Source: Lama guanicoe
Lineage: Eukaryota
Assembly (NCBI GenBank): GCA_013239625.1
Contig: MU053652.1
Coordinates: 8,529,499-8,593,498, forward strand
DNA: 64,000 nt
Direction of reading: 5' to 3'
The translations under genes were made by a program, and so were the position numbers. Under the pieces are notes generated by a model. It worked only from the letters and a program-made list of their open reading frames with translations, had not been told where the DNA came from and made no database searches. Numbering within the stretch: the stretch's first letter is position 1; every line of letters begins with the position of its first letter. Shown one piece after another: positions 41,130-54,766 of the stretch.

Positions 41130-42235
41130 TGATTAATACAGTGCTTCAACAGGTCAAACTTTTGGAAACTGTGTAACCTTAATATGTGCTAAAAAGGTAT
41201 TCGTCAAATTCAGTATGGATTCCTGATTTTTTAAATTAAATCTTGGGAGTCACATTACCATCTTTCTCTCAAAACAAAGTGTTTAATATGGATTCCTGAT
41301 TTTTCAAATTAAACAAATCTTGGGAGTCACATTACCACCTTTCTCTCAAAACAAAGTGTTCCTAATGAATGAACAATTGAGATAGTCCCATTAAAATTCA
41401 GAACAAAACAGTATCACTTTAATATTGCTCTCCATCCAGAAAAGCTCAATTGAGTAGCTGAATTAAACAGCAAATAAGGAGTTCAGGAAATTCAATAGGT
41501 AGAAATGAAACTTGCCAAAAAAACAACAAAAAAAACATAAACGCTTTCCTGAATAGCAAAAATAATTTTTTTAATGTCATAGAAAATTCCACTGGCAAGT
41601 TTAATCACAAGCTAAAATAGGAAAAAAATATATGTTGGAAAGATCTATATAAAGAAAACAAGTTTTTACTAAGTGATTTAAAGGAAAGCTTAAACAATCG
41701 GAGAAACATACCATATGTTTCTGGGAAGCTGGATGTCAGTTCTTCACAAACCCATGTGCATAGTTAATAAAAATCCAGTAGCTGCGGTGGACTTTCTAAC
41801 ACTTAGACAAGATGCTTGAACCATATAAAGCTCTAAAAAAATAAAAATTTAAAAAATTGAGGCTCAGTGAGGAAGGACTTTCCAGGCAAAGGACATAAGA
41901 ATCAATGATTTTAAATACACAAAATTTTGTATGTCAGAGTAATCCTGAGGAAAATTAAAAAGCAAACCGGGAAAAGAACTGTACTGTATGAAATGAGCAA
42001 AAGTTAATGTTTAGAATTAGAACTCAGTAAAACAGAAGAGAGGACAATTCATATGAATTAATATTTAAATGTTTAACTACTCTGATGAAAAGCACATGAC
42101 ACAGTAAGATTGTTTTATTGATTAGATTAATAATTTAAAGTGATGTTCAGTGCTGAAAAGGACATGATATGGGAACTTTCAAACATTTTTGGTGAGCGTA
42201 GAAAACTAGTAGAACATTCTGGAAAGCTACTTGGC
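41130..42235 (+). mobile_element. Old L1 ORF2/3' fragments
   Basis: A-rich; AAGATCTATATAAAGAAAAC, TAAACAATCGGAGAAACATACCAT. Confidence 0.6.
41214..41360. repeat. Tandem duplication of about 70 bp
   Basis: 41214-41283 vs 41287-41360: two substitutions and a 4-bp indel. Confidence 0.95.
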
Positions 42236-42254
42236 CTAAGGCTAATAGGCTGTT

Positions 42255-42745
42255 TTGCTTTTTAATTGAAGTATAGTCAGTTACAATATGTCAGTCTCTG
42301 GTGTACAGCATAATGTCCCAGCCATACATATATATATGTATATTCATTTTCATATTCTTTTTCATTAAAGGTTATTACAAGATATTAAATATAGTTCTCT
42401 GTGCTATACAGAGGAGATTTTTTTTATCTACTTTTATATATACTGGTTAATTTTTGCAAATCTCAAACCCCCAGATTTATCCCTTCCCACCCCCTTTCCC
42501 CTCGGTAACCATAAGATTGTTTACTATGTGTGCAAGTCTGTTTCTGTTTTGTATTTGAGTTCATTAGTGTCTTTAAAATTTTTTTTAGATTCCACATATG
42601 AGTGATATCAAATGATATTTTTCTTACCTTTTCTGGCTTACTTCACTTAGAATGACAATCTCTAAGGCCATCCATGTTGCTGCAAATGGCATTACTTTAT
42701 TCTTTTCTATGGCTGAGTAGTATTCCATGGTATAAATATACCAGA
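42255..42745 (-). mobile_element. L1 3' end (camelid type)
   Basis: TAATTGAAGTATAGTCAGTTACAAT...TTCATTAAAGGTTATTACAAGATATT...GGCTGAGTAGTATTCCAT. Confidence 0.9.
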
Positions 42746-44502
42746 GACTTACAGGTTGTTTATTCTACTTAGCAGCTCCTATAATAAATCAGTCCCAGTA
42801 ATTCAAAAATCAGTGCTCATTTACAGAGTGCTATTAATGACAACACTAAATTGCTGATATTATACCAAGACTGTTTAAATTTTAAGGCTATCTATATTAA
42901 TAGGAAAATAAACACAGAACTTTATATTACTGTACATTAAACACTGAGAAAGAAGAATGAAGGGGGTGCCTTGAACACAAAATGAGGAAACAGAATCCAG
43001 TCCAAAAGCTTGGGAAAGGTTCTGCGTGGAAAACATGTTTCTATGTATTTATACACATGCTGAATGTTATACAGTGAACAAGTATTACTTTTAATGGCGT
43101 TGCTCTAATGTCAGCAAAAGGTTGGCATACAAAACATTTCACCTCCTTTCCTACTTGTAGCAAACCAAACTACTTTTCTAGGACTGCCCTTCAAATTCTC
43201 ATCCGACTTTTCTTATAAAGCTTTCCTTAAATCACCTTTTACATTTTAAAGGCATGAAGACAGCTAGATCTCACCAGTTTTGCTCTCTGATGTTTAGCAT
43301 TCACATTTGCAAAACCCTGTTTGCTCTGCATGCTGTATAGGTTATAAACTTATGTCTGCTTAGTTTTCTGTCTTGTCTAAACTTTGCATATTATAAGTCA
43401 CATTTTTTGTTAATAACAGGCTGTAAAAAAAACTAACAGCTAGAAAAATCAATGCAGTTCACAGATTCTGAATTAAAGTCTTGCAAGCATTTAAAAATTT
43501 CAAAATAGAGGAGAAAATAACTTTTCAACTTCCCTTTCAGTTTCAAGCACTGCATATTGACCTAAGTATTAATCTCTAGATCTGAGTTATTGAAAGATGT
43601 TTTTTGAACATAAAAAAAATTGACTTTCTAAAATTTTTTCTTGTCTTTCTCTAAAAATTGAAAGAATATACACTGGAAACATACTAACTGACAAAAAAGC
43701 CATCTCAGGCCAATTTATTTCCTTAAGTGAAAGAGCTATGTATTTTTTTTCTTTTCTAAAAATGGAACAATCTGAGCACAGGCTTATATTTAGCAATGAG
43801 AACCAGAACCATTTCCAAGGAAAAGTTAGTTTAGACTCCCTTAGTTTCTAGGCCTGAATGCATTTATTTTCAGATCATTTTAATAAAAGCATAGGTTATG
43901 AATATTCTTCCAACTACAGTTTGTCCACTTACCATGACCTTTGCTGCAGAGTGTGACTCTTATCATTCCTGTAACTTAATTTCATGTTTGATATCCTCTT
44001 TGATCCCAAGTTATTCAGAAGAATATTTAATTTTTGTGAGGTTGGAATTTTTAGTTGTCCCAAACTTCTAGTTAAATGGATTTAAGCAAGCAAATAAAGA
44101 CTAAATTGTTTCTACTCTAATAATGTGTTGAAATTTCCTTTGAAATCTACTGTATTTAATGCTTTAAATTGTTTCATGGGCACTTAATTTGTATTACTTT
44201 TTAAATATGGTGTATGTGTATCCGTAAATATTCAATACTCAAGCTTTTTGAGGGTGATGGACAAATACAAATTTTAGGAGATTTGAGTATTTGTTAAATT
44301 TTGAAAGAACTAGTTAAGATGTCTCAACTGCGACTTAAAATACAAAATAACTTATTTCTAGAAATTTTAACTTTACAGATTCAGTTGCTGTATTGTTTTG
44401 CATTATAAAAGTTTGACGACAGTTATATTCGGTATCAGTATATTATACCCTCTACCCAGGTGTGATATGAAAAATATTTAACACACAGGACAGCACGATG
44501 TT

Positions 44503-44840
44503 TGTACAGAGTCTGAGATTTCACTCTATATGCAAGCTAACACATTAGCCCACCAATGTTTTTACAGATCTGGAGCAGGACATGAGGCTCCTGAATCAGA
44601 GAGAAAGGGTGTTGTTATTCACAGCACAAAAGGCAGCATTAGCTTCCTGTTCACATCCTCAGAAGGGTGTGGCAGGTGGCTTAGCAGGGTGGGTTTGTGT
44701 ACAGCCAAAAAATCCCAGAGTTTAGGGAAGGCCACTTCTTTCTAAAGGTGCCAGTATCACATCTACCTAAACTTAGTCCTGGAGGGAGGCAATAAATTAC
44801 CCTGCCCTCTGTGCTGGAAGGAGATACTACATCTTTTTTT
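44503..44840 (-). mobile_element. ERVL LTR fragment (MER54/MER74-like)
   Basis: GTCTGAGATTTCACTCTATATGCAAGCTAAC...GAGGCTCCTGAATCAGAGA. Confidence 0.55.
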
Positions 44841-45296
44841 AATACTGTATGTCCTTCTTACCACTGGTTACCTTTAATTTAGCATATTTGAACCTACATT
44901 TGCTTATCACCATTGAGAATTAGCACTACATATGGTTTTTGCCCTAATAAAATACGACAGGAAACAAGGTTTTAATATCCCTTCCAGGCCAACATCAACT
45001 TTGCAGACATGAGATTCCTGATGTTTTTCCCGACAGTACCGCTCTTGTGTTTTGAAAGTCTTTTCCTAACTGCTGTAAGACTTCTTGTGAACAGTCATTT
45101 AAACCTAATCGTAAGGTTTACTAGTTTCAGTGTTCACTGCTATTTATTCCATTCCACTTCTTAATTTGTTCCTCATTGTGATTTTTCATGTAGGTAGAGT
45201 ACTTTTTCAAGTTCAAAAATTTTTTTTCTTTTGAAGTTAGATGAGCATACAGCTCTTAGGCCAGTACAACAGCAGTCATTTTACCGCCTATTTGAA

Positions 45297-45720
45297 TTGT
45301 CTCACTCAGCTGCTGCTGCGTAACAGCCAGCCACGGACTCTCAGTGCACACGATAAGCGTTTGTTCTCATGCTGCTGGGCTTCAGCTGGAGCAGCTCTGC
45401 TTCAGGCTGTGGTTGACCAAGCTGACTACCCACTGGTCTCATGCTGGAGCTGGGCTTAAGAAGCAGAAGCTACAAGACACACTCTTCTCATGGTAGAGGT
45501 CAGGGGGCCGACCCCGACTGGATAGCATGTTTCCGACCTCTGCTCACATCACATCCACTAATATTGCATTGGCTAAAACAAATCAGGTCAAGAGGCCCAA
45601 AATTAAGGAGCCCTGCCCCAAGAGAGCCAAGCTTAAGTGAAGGGGCAGGTCTCCACTCTACCCAGAGTGAGCAAGGGGGAAAGGGAGCATTTGCTAGACA
45701 GTAACCTAAATTATGACCCT
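45297..45720 (-). mobile_element. MLT1I/J/K-type MaLR LTR
   Basis: GCTGCGTAACA...CTTCTCATGGTAGAGG...CACATCCACTAATATTGCATTGGCTAAAACAAATCA. Confidence 0.65.
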
Positions 45721-46329
45721 CATCTACAATGTACAGCTGAGTGTAGACTCCTTGGTTCAGTCTTCCCCCTTCCTCTTTCCCCTCTTCTGGCCCCAGCAAA
45801 TATTCCTTCAAGGTCTTCAAGATTTGAGGGTCAAGGGAAGCAAATCTCTCACTTACTTTGTGAACAGTCTTCAGTGAGCAAAGTCAGGAGTCATACGTGC
45901 AGAATTTGTTGATACGTGTTCAAAGGCCTTCATTTTGTCACTCTGTGCACCACCTCACACCTCCCCCCTCACTCCTGTGATGCTCCCGTATCCTGCTACT
46001 CTGAAACTACAGACTTTAGCCTTTTGGGTGAAATCCATCCGTTGGCTGGTTACTTGCTCGGCAGGCCCCATCGGTTCCATGTGCTGGCTTAGGGGCCAGC
46101 CAGCACGTCTCTGTCTGATCCTGTCTGCTGCAGAGCAGCTAGAAATTCCTCAAAGGCTCAGGCTACTAGGTGGCATCCTTCCACGTTTCTAGCACTATTG
46201 CCAAGGTTTTAAATTTTTACGTATTTGTTGGTCCTTTCAATATTTTTGGGAGAAAAGAGGAAAGAGTGTAGGCTCAACTTATCTTGACATCAGAAGTCCA
46301 AAAGTGAGACTATGATATTTTAAAAAGTC

Positions 46330-49300
46330 TATTCCTTACACATTACATAATTTTACATAAATACATAAATACCACAATCATTTTTAATTTTTTCTTTTCT
46401 TCTTGATTCCGCACTACTTTCTCACCAGCCTTCTCTCTACACAGAGTCTTGGAATCAACCTCTGAACTCCACCTCCATGCCACCGCCCCCAACAGCTGAT
46501 AAAATTTGGACTGTTTTCCCCCACACTCACAGTTCTACAAATACACATAGGTACACAACTACGTAAGCTGCACATAGAGATATTTTAAATCATGGTTATT
46601 ATTTTGGTTTTACAAAAATGGGAAATCATGTGGTTTTTGGTAGCCTGCATTTCTCACTCAACTGTACCTCCAGGGAAACCTCCCCGCCTCCAGGTAATCT
46701 GGTTTAGCTCTGAGTCATTCTTTTAGGGGCTCCATAACAGTACATGATATAGATGGCTGCACAGCAATTGATACAGCCCTTCCCCTGCTGACAGCATTTA
46801 CAATGTTTTCAGCTTTATGACATTACAAATAACACACCTAAGACCATTCTCATGCATATATTCTTACTTAAGGGTGCTTTTATTCTGTAGGGTAGACTCC
46901 CGTATGTGGGAATGCCGAGAAAAAGGGTACATTTAATCTTAATAGATTTTGCCTGATCACTCTAAAAATTTATATATAAGAACACCTCTCCTGCCACATC
47001 CATGAGAGACAAAGCATTATCTTAAAATTGTTATTAGTCTGATAGCAACATTTTTGCCACTTTCCATAAATATGTTCATTTTAATTTGCTCTTTGAGCTG
47101 TCTATTCATTTCTTTATCCTGGTTTCTTATCTATTAGTAAGAGGGTTTTTTTGATAGAATTGCTATAGATACTTTATCATCTGCACCGTATTTGCAAAGG
47201 GGGGAGACTTTTGATCTTGTTTATGGTGTCTTCTGCTAGTCAAAAGAGATTTCATGAAGTCAGATGTTCTTTTATAATTTCTGTATTTCTAGTCTTGATT
47301 AAGAAGTTCTCCTCTTCATCTAGGCTTTATATATATTTATGACATCCCAATTGTGGTTCATTTTATTCTTATACATAAGAGAATCCACATTTCCTTCAAC
47401 CATGTTGTTATCATTCAATAAAGGATCTATCCTTTTCTATTTTTGTAGTGGACTCTCACTATTATAAATTCTCCTATAGAATGTATTTTGCTTTTTTTTT
47501 TTCATTTTGTTCCACTGACCTAACTATTCTTAAAACCATATTGATGTAATGATTTTATAGTATTGGATTTAGAGAATATTCCAATCTGAGTAACCAGTTT
47601 TCCCCTCAGTAAGTGTTCTATTCTTAGGCATTTATTCTTCTCCTCAAACTTTGATTTTTTCTTCTACTTACAAAAATAAGCAGGATGGGATCTGAAACGA
47701 AAAGGCTTTAAATGTATGTATTTTGAGTGGCTTGATATTTATATGCTACTGAACCTTCCATCTAAGGACAAGAAATGTCAGTCAATTTGTTCAGATTTGA
47801 TTTTATGTCAGGAAAATTACAGTTTTCTTCTCACCTGTCTTATGTTTATCTTGTTGAATTACTAAATATAGTTTTGTCACTCTTCTAAATTAAGTTATTT
47901 GCATTTCTAGATGTTATAGTGTAAAGAGCTATTGATTTTTGTGTCTATACCTATTATCTAGTGACCTTATCAAATTCTCATATTAATTATTTTTTCTAAA
48001 CTAGATTCTTGGATTTTCTAGATACAAAGTAATATCTTTCAGTAAAAGGAATAATGTCCCCTTTCAATGCCTTTACAGGCCATTTTACTATTAATATTTA
48101 CTAAAATCTTCAAGAACATGTTAAATACAGTGTAACTGGATAACTTGTCTGGTATTCAAACAGCTCTAGTAGCAGCTATTCTAAATTTTGAAGATTGGCT
48201 TTAAGTTTCTTTCTATTCCTGTTTTGCTTAGTTTTCATTGGAAATGACTGAGGAAGTTACAGTACCTCAACAGATGCAAAAAAGGTATTTGGTCATCTGC
48301 ACCAAATGTGCTGATGCAGTGGACTGTGCACTTTCAGATGTTTTTGGTGCATTTATATTTTTAATTTGCCTTCAGAATAAACTTGCATTTTTACTCATTC
48401 TCCTTGTCCTAGTCTCTTTTCCTAATATTAATATTGCGCTATTGACTTACTTTGCATTTCCTATGATCATTTTAATGCGTCTCTGTACTTCAGGCATTCT
48501 TATGAACATACTACCAGCAAAGCAGTGAACAGAGCGTATGGCTGAGTTTACCTTTCTAACCCAGTTTCACATCTGGCTTGTAATTTTGTGATTTAATCTG
48601 CTCATGCTTAATATAATGACTGATACTTTAGTTGTTGTATCCCTTCCATCTTACTGTGTGTTTAGTCATTTTATGTTGCGATTTTTGTTCCATTTCCTTA
48701 TTTTTGAGGGGCTGGTCAAGTTGTTGTTTTTCTCCCTTTATTGGTTTTGAAATTCTGCTTCACTCTTCCATTCCATTAGTAGTCATCTTCCTTTTCCCTG
48801 TTCTCATAATCAGATGATGACTGTTTGAAAACCAGATTACAAATACTCTGGTTAAGAAACTGCGTTTTCCAACTATGACCCTCTATTTAACCCCCTTCTG
48901 TCCCCTAGTAAGGTCATTCTGTATTTTTAAATTTCTCCTCTCCTTCTCTGCCCTAAAATCTTTTTAGACTCTTTCTACTTCTCTCCCCACCACTTCCATC
49001 ACTTGGGTTGTCTGATGAAGTTTACTTTTGCATTTTTAGGGACGCTTACTGCGTCCTTGTTTTACACTTAAGTTACAAATCCCCAGAACAGCTATCTCCA
49101 CCTGTTTAGGTTTAATTTCTAAGTATCTATGCACCAATAATGTTAAGGTTTACTGTGAATACGTCCTCTTTATCTTTTCACATCTTGAAGTCTCTGTTCT
49201 GGTTCATTTACTATTTGGTCAGCATCTAATCCTTAAATGGGGTATGTGGTGATTCTCTGAATTCTGGCATATCTTCAAGACATCTTTCTTTCACCTAGGC

Positions 49301-50050
49301 AGGTAAATGATGTAAGTTGGAAAATTTACATCCTTGGGTTGTGGTCCATTTCTCTCAATGTGTGGTACCTCTACCTCCTCTCTTCCTAAATTACTTGCAA
49401 ATGAGAAAACCAAGGCCAACTGGATCCCACCATTTTCTTGAAGTTGATTTTTTTTTTCTCCTCGGATCTATAGTAAGAATTTTGCCAGAATATATCTAGA
49501 CGACAGAGCTTTCTCATCAAGTGAGCCTAGACCTTACTGAGTCCTTTCAATTTGCAGGACCGGCTCTTCCTTTAGCTCAGGTCAGGAAGATTGTCTCATG
49601 TAATTATCACCTTTCCTATTTATGTCCTTTGCTCTCCTCACTAACTCCAATTATTTTCATTTCAGTTCTCGAATGTCCTCTCCAAATCTCGTTTTTCTCC
49701 TGATTTCTGTCTTGTCATCTTTTCATATTTTTGCTCTGTGATTTGAGATACTTTTTACACTTAGTCTTCTAAGACATTAAATCAGGTCTCAGCAGTGACC
49801 AACCTTCCTCCCTTTTATTCAGAAACTAAACTGTTTAATCATGCTTGAGTTTTTTAGGTGCCGCAATTCTCTTCCCATAGGTGTGCTTTTTCCCCCCCAC
49901 AAGTGTTTAACTGTCTCCTCCAACATTTCTATCTCACTTCACATTTGTTTTGGCTTTCCTCTCTCCTGCTACAGGTCTTATGTAGATTGCTATCTTTGTT
50001 GGCTCCAGTCTGTCATTGGATCTCTAATTTGCATATTAGATTCACCTGAG
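46330..50050 (-). mobile_element. Long, highly degenerate old L1 (L1ME-like)
   Basis: Ordered antisense L1 motifs from the 3'UTR (TTTTACAAAAATGGG, TTACAAATAAC) through ORF2-like to 5'-region-like sequence. Confidence 0.6.
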
Positions 50051-52829
50051 TGGTGGGACCCCCCTCATTCTTAGGGACTATTGAATGCAAATTGATGGAA
50101 GCACTCAGGCATCAGTGCTTATGTAAACCCCCAGGTAAGTCAAGCTGAGCGAGTGAAGCTGATGCTGTTCTGAGTCTCACCCGTTCCAGCGCCTTGCAGA
50201 GACAGCAGAGGGGAGCCTCTTTGTTCTCAGGCTTACCTGTTCTCTCTTGGGCTCGGGAGTGTAGATGACCCAGTCTAGCCATGCAGTTCCTTCTTGGATT
50301 TTGGGGGAGTCAGATATTTTGCGCACTTTCATTCTCCTACTGCCAGGATCTCTGAAGACCAGGCTTCTTCCAGGATCTGCCTCTGTGAAACTCTTTATCC
50401 CGGGGTTCCAACACTGTTCTCCCAGCAAGGCTCACGTCATTTAGAGCAACCCTGCCAACCGCCTCCCCGCCTCCCCACCGCACAACACGTGCTGTTTCCC
50501 TTCCCTGCAGCTCCACCTGGCACAAGGTCTCCCTTAACCCAGTTGTCTGTAGGTCCTCCTGGGTGAGAAGAGCCCAGTAACAGTGTTCTAGAAGAAATAA
50601 ATCATATCCAGATATTCAAACTATACCTTTTAGAAGAGATCATATGGACTGTGGTCTTTCATATTTTCATGTCTGTAGTCAGCATCTAAATACATTTTCT
50701 TTTTTACTGTAAGTGGCAAATTAGCATCACTGGGGTGATGGGTGAGAGGCAGGAGAATGGCAGGGCTGTTTCTAAGGATTAATAGAATGCCAACAGCAAA
50801 TTTCAAAAGCGGGGGAAGGAGGATTAAACCGTCAAGAGACTGAGGGAAAGGACTGATCAGATAATTCCTGAAGCAAAGTCAACACGATTTGCAGATACAG
50901 ACAAACAGACAAGCGGTACATTTACAGGTTAGATTTACACAACAAGGATGCTCAGCTGGAGGTGAGCGAACAAGAGTGACAGTATTGTCGCTCTTCTGTT
51001 TGTCAGTGTTGGGAAATTTTGCTTGTAAGAATTTTTCAAGAATTTTGATATTCATGGACTTAACAGTGAGTGTGTGGTATCCACAAGGTGAGAAACAGCA
51101 CAGCCAGCCTTCCAGTTCTGAGATTCGGTGTTTTCACTAACATTATGAGTCCTGTATTCAAGGTAGCATCGCAGCTGCCACTCCCAGAGCTCCCTCTGTT
51201 ACATGAAAAGGAGAGGACAGTAAGGCATCGCCAAACTCCGTTTTTTTCTTCTGTAAAAGCAGTTTTCAAACTTGTTTTGACCACCTCTTTTTTCAAGAGT
51301 TTAAATGAAAGCTCACACTGGGAAGCAGAAGCCTGCTTTATGACCCGGTCCTTTCAGCCCGAAGCCTTCTCCCCACTGGAAACCAAGTTCCATGGGAAGG
51401 GTGCCTTTCTGTTTCTCCAAGCTACACCCCCATGGCTAGAAAGAGCAGGCCTTGCCTAATACTTACTTAGGTACCCTTAATGTATGAAGGCCTATTTGGA
51501 AACCACCATTCTTGACTCTCTCGTGTCAGCAGTCCCTGGGTGAGCCATTCCAGGAAGAATAAAACTTTTAAGTGTGAAAAACTGGTCGTGCTTTTACCCG
51601 GCTGAGTGAGACAAGATATCTTACGTCCTTGTATCTCATGAGGGTTTTTCAAGGTGTGCCTGCTCTTCAAAAAACTGAAAGTTTGGTCACCTGTGTTTCA
51701 TGCCATTTGACAGCATTTGACAGCACAGTAAAGTATCAGGAACTTGTGTGAACACTTTCTTGGGGGCATTGCAGAAAGGACTACAGAAACCACAGGCCTA
51801 TGAGCTATTTACTCACTATAACAAAACTTTCTGAATGACGCACCTGCTCTCTGTAAAGTGACAGTTCGACTCTCCTCTTTGAGCCCAGAGACATTCCAAT
51901 ATGAGGCCCAAATTCCAGATGCCCGAAGAATAATTAAAATGCGAATGGGTGTTTGGAAACGGGCAGTTAGCCATCATCAGCTTTGTGTCCCCAGTACAGA
52001 AGGTGAATACTGATGACAGTGTGTCCCAACAGCTTGCTTCCATATCCATCTCCCCGACTAGAGGCTGGCTCCTTGAAGATGAAAACCACGTTGTATTCAT
52101 ATTAGTAATTAATCTAAGTGCCTAGTACATTGCACAGCTCATCCCAGTTGTGTGTCTGGGGGAGGGAAAAGGGAGCAAATGCAAACCTAGCAAAGTCACT
52201 GCATCCCAGGGAATCTTCTGGCACTAGCAGGTGTAGGGCACCCTTCTGGAATCTCTTTAATCACTTGCAAAAATTCGTGTTACTCAGGAGATGAGGCAAA
52301 GCATTACCAAACATCTGATCCCCTCCCCTCACCTAGACACCTCCCCAGGTCCAGCCAGCTTAAAAAACTAGAGAGGTACATGTGCAGTACATGATCAGAG
52401 AGAGGGTCTGTGACAATCAGTCCTCAAAGACTACTAGATGACATAAGTACCCTCCATCTGACAGAGCTCGCTCGGGAGACTGAGAAGGTGAAAATTAACT
52501 CAAAGAAAGTAAGACCCTGCCCAGCCGTTCATCAGGCTGGAGTAACAGACACAACCAGCTTCCAATAGGAAGCTTTGTTTTTCTCGAGGACCTTATGCTA
52601 CTGTGAAGTGCTATAGTAACTCCTTTCTTTTGAGTGAATACTGTTTTCTTACTCATGGAAAAACTTAGTTCTCTAATCAAACTACCACAAAAACTGCTGT
52701 TTGAAATTACAGTCAGAATGAAGCATTTCATTCTTGCCTGGAAGACGGAAGTCACTTGGACATAGAAGGAGCCTTGGCTTACAGCTGAGTGCAGAGCTCC
52801 GGAAGGGGGTTTCTGGGTACAGCATCCCA

Positions 52830-53134
52830 CGTTGCTCTTAACTTTGTAGTTTCCAAGGAGACAGGACCAAGGTCCCCTTCGCAGTGATGTTGACCGATTT
52901 CTACACAGTCCTGCTTTGCTTTGAACCTATCAAAAAGTTGCTTCATTTAAATTTCACCTAAACTCCCTCTTTCTCCAAAGTCCTATGAACAAAGCTGTTC
53001 TCCTTTTATTGGAGAGACGTCCCACAAGTGGTTCCTCTGGTGTGTGCTCACCCTCGTTGCAGTGAGTCAACAGACGGGATCTGGTTGGGCTACAGCTTTG
53101 TCCCGGAGGAACTTAGGCTGACCAAGCTATGGCA
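52830..53134 (+). mobile_element. Old ERV1 LTR 3' part (MER90/MER110-like)
   Basis: AAATTTCACCTAAAC...GGTTCCTCTGGTGTGTG...CCCTCGTTGCAGTGAGTCAA. Confidence 0.55.
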
Positions 53135-53673
53135 AGACTTTTAAGTCTTCTGGTAACCACCCTTTCCGTGATTCAAGAGGAGTTTAGATGCAAGCAAAGC
53201 CTTATGCAATAAAACCAGTTTTCTGAGGTCACAGGCTCCACTTTGTCACTTGTGTTGGGTCAGGCTTATGTGGACTTGTCCTCCCCAGGACATGAGTCCT
53301 CAGCCAGTCCCTGGGATTGAGGAAATGCCTGCCTCAGCAGTGGAAACAGTTGACAGCTACCCTTTCACTAGCCCTTCCTTTCACACTAGAACACCCTGCC
53401 TCCTGTTGGATGCTGACCACAAAGAAGGAAACAGTACTTGCCCTCTTGAACTCTTCATCGCAGATGCTCAGAATCCGTATGTCCTGAGAGATGGGAAGTG
53501 TCAGGTGGCAGAGGCAGTGATAGTGGGTCCTCCCTTGGGTCCTCGGCTTGGCTGCACTGGACACTTTGGTGAGGATGAAGAGGTGAAGGAGGACATTTCC
53601 GTGTTAGGGTACCATTTAGCCTGGAAGGGATGCCAGCGATAGCAGGCAGAGTGTGTTCAGGGCTTAGTGTTTT

Positions 53674-53919
53674 GTGTTTTGTTTTTTTTTTTAACATTTT
53701 TTATTGATTTATAATCATTTTACAATGTTGTGTCAAATTCCAGTGTTCAGCACAATTTTTCAGTCATTCATGGACATATACACACTCTTTGTCACATTTT
53801 TTTTCTCTGTGAGTTATCATAACATTTTGTGTATATTTCCCTGTGCTATACAGTGTAATCTTGTTTATCTATTCTACAATTTTGAAATCCCAGTCTATCC
53901 CTTCCCACCTTCTACCCCC
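53674..53919 (-). mobile_element. Young 5'-truncated L1 3' end (camelid type) with 16-bp TSD
   Basis: CAGGGCTTAGTGTTTT at 53658-53673 and 53920-53935, plus a poly(T) head. Confidence 0.9.
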
Positions 53920-54244
53920 CAGGGCTTAGTGTTTTTATAACCACTTTCTTATCTGTCAGAAAGGAAGGCTTATTACCCTACCCCCAACCCCCCTCCCAAG
54001 GCCCAAACATTTCAAGGGAGGTTTAGCCTCTCATTGGTTCACTAACTCCAGCAGTTAGCAGTGAGAGCTTCTATTTAATCATCTCAGCCACCAACATGCA
54101 AAAGAAAAAGGATCTTGCTGGGGATATCTGCTAAGGAACACAGACGGCCACTTACTAGCAGCGTTACATCCTAACCCCGGAACATCTTTAGTCTCCAACC
54201 CAGAGGACATCGATATAAATCCTTGCCCCTCCCGCAGCAACAAA

Positions 54245-54700
54245 ACAGTCGTAACAATATGCTTTAAGAAATTAATTTACAGCTAAAAATGTCTAGAGAT
54301 AAACGTGTACATTCAACAAATGCTTTCTAAAGTTATTTTCCGATAAAACCCCGAGGCCAAAAGGAAAACATCGATAATTTGACTAGATGAAACTTTAAAA
54401 CTTGTGTGTGAAAACAAAAAACAAAAACAAAATTTAGAAAGGCAAAGTGTGTGGGGAAATATCTGCAAGGCTAGGACATACAGAGGTGTTTTCCTTAACA
54501 GAGCAGCCTTGAACAAGCAGTTCACCGAGAAGGAAGCAGAAGTGGCACTTACCCATTTTCTTAGAAAAATAAACTAGAGTTGCGGGTAGAGTGCTGAAGG
54601 GAGGATGAATTCTACACGTTCACGTACGAATAAGGAATCATACTGGGTGGGTTTGAGGAAACACACGTCCCGGTATCTGAGTTCGCAATGATAAAATTGT
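54245..54700 (+). mobile_element. Old L1 fragments
   Basis: AAACTTTAAAACTTGTGTG...GGGGAAATATCTGCAA...CAAGCAGTTCACCGAGAAGGAA. Confidence 0.5.
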
Positions 54701-54760
54701 GGATTAAAAACAAAAACCACTCCACTGTCTTCTTGGATGATTTTTTTTCCCCATAGGGAC

Positions 54761-54766
54761 TTTATT
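54761..54766 (-). terminator. Candidate poly(A) signal of the minus-strand gene
   Basis: AATAAA on the minus strand with a GT-rich downstream element (GTGGAGTGGTTTTTGTTTTT); marks the edge of a TE-free block. Confidence 0.6.
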
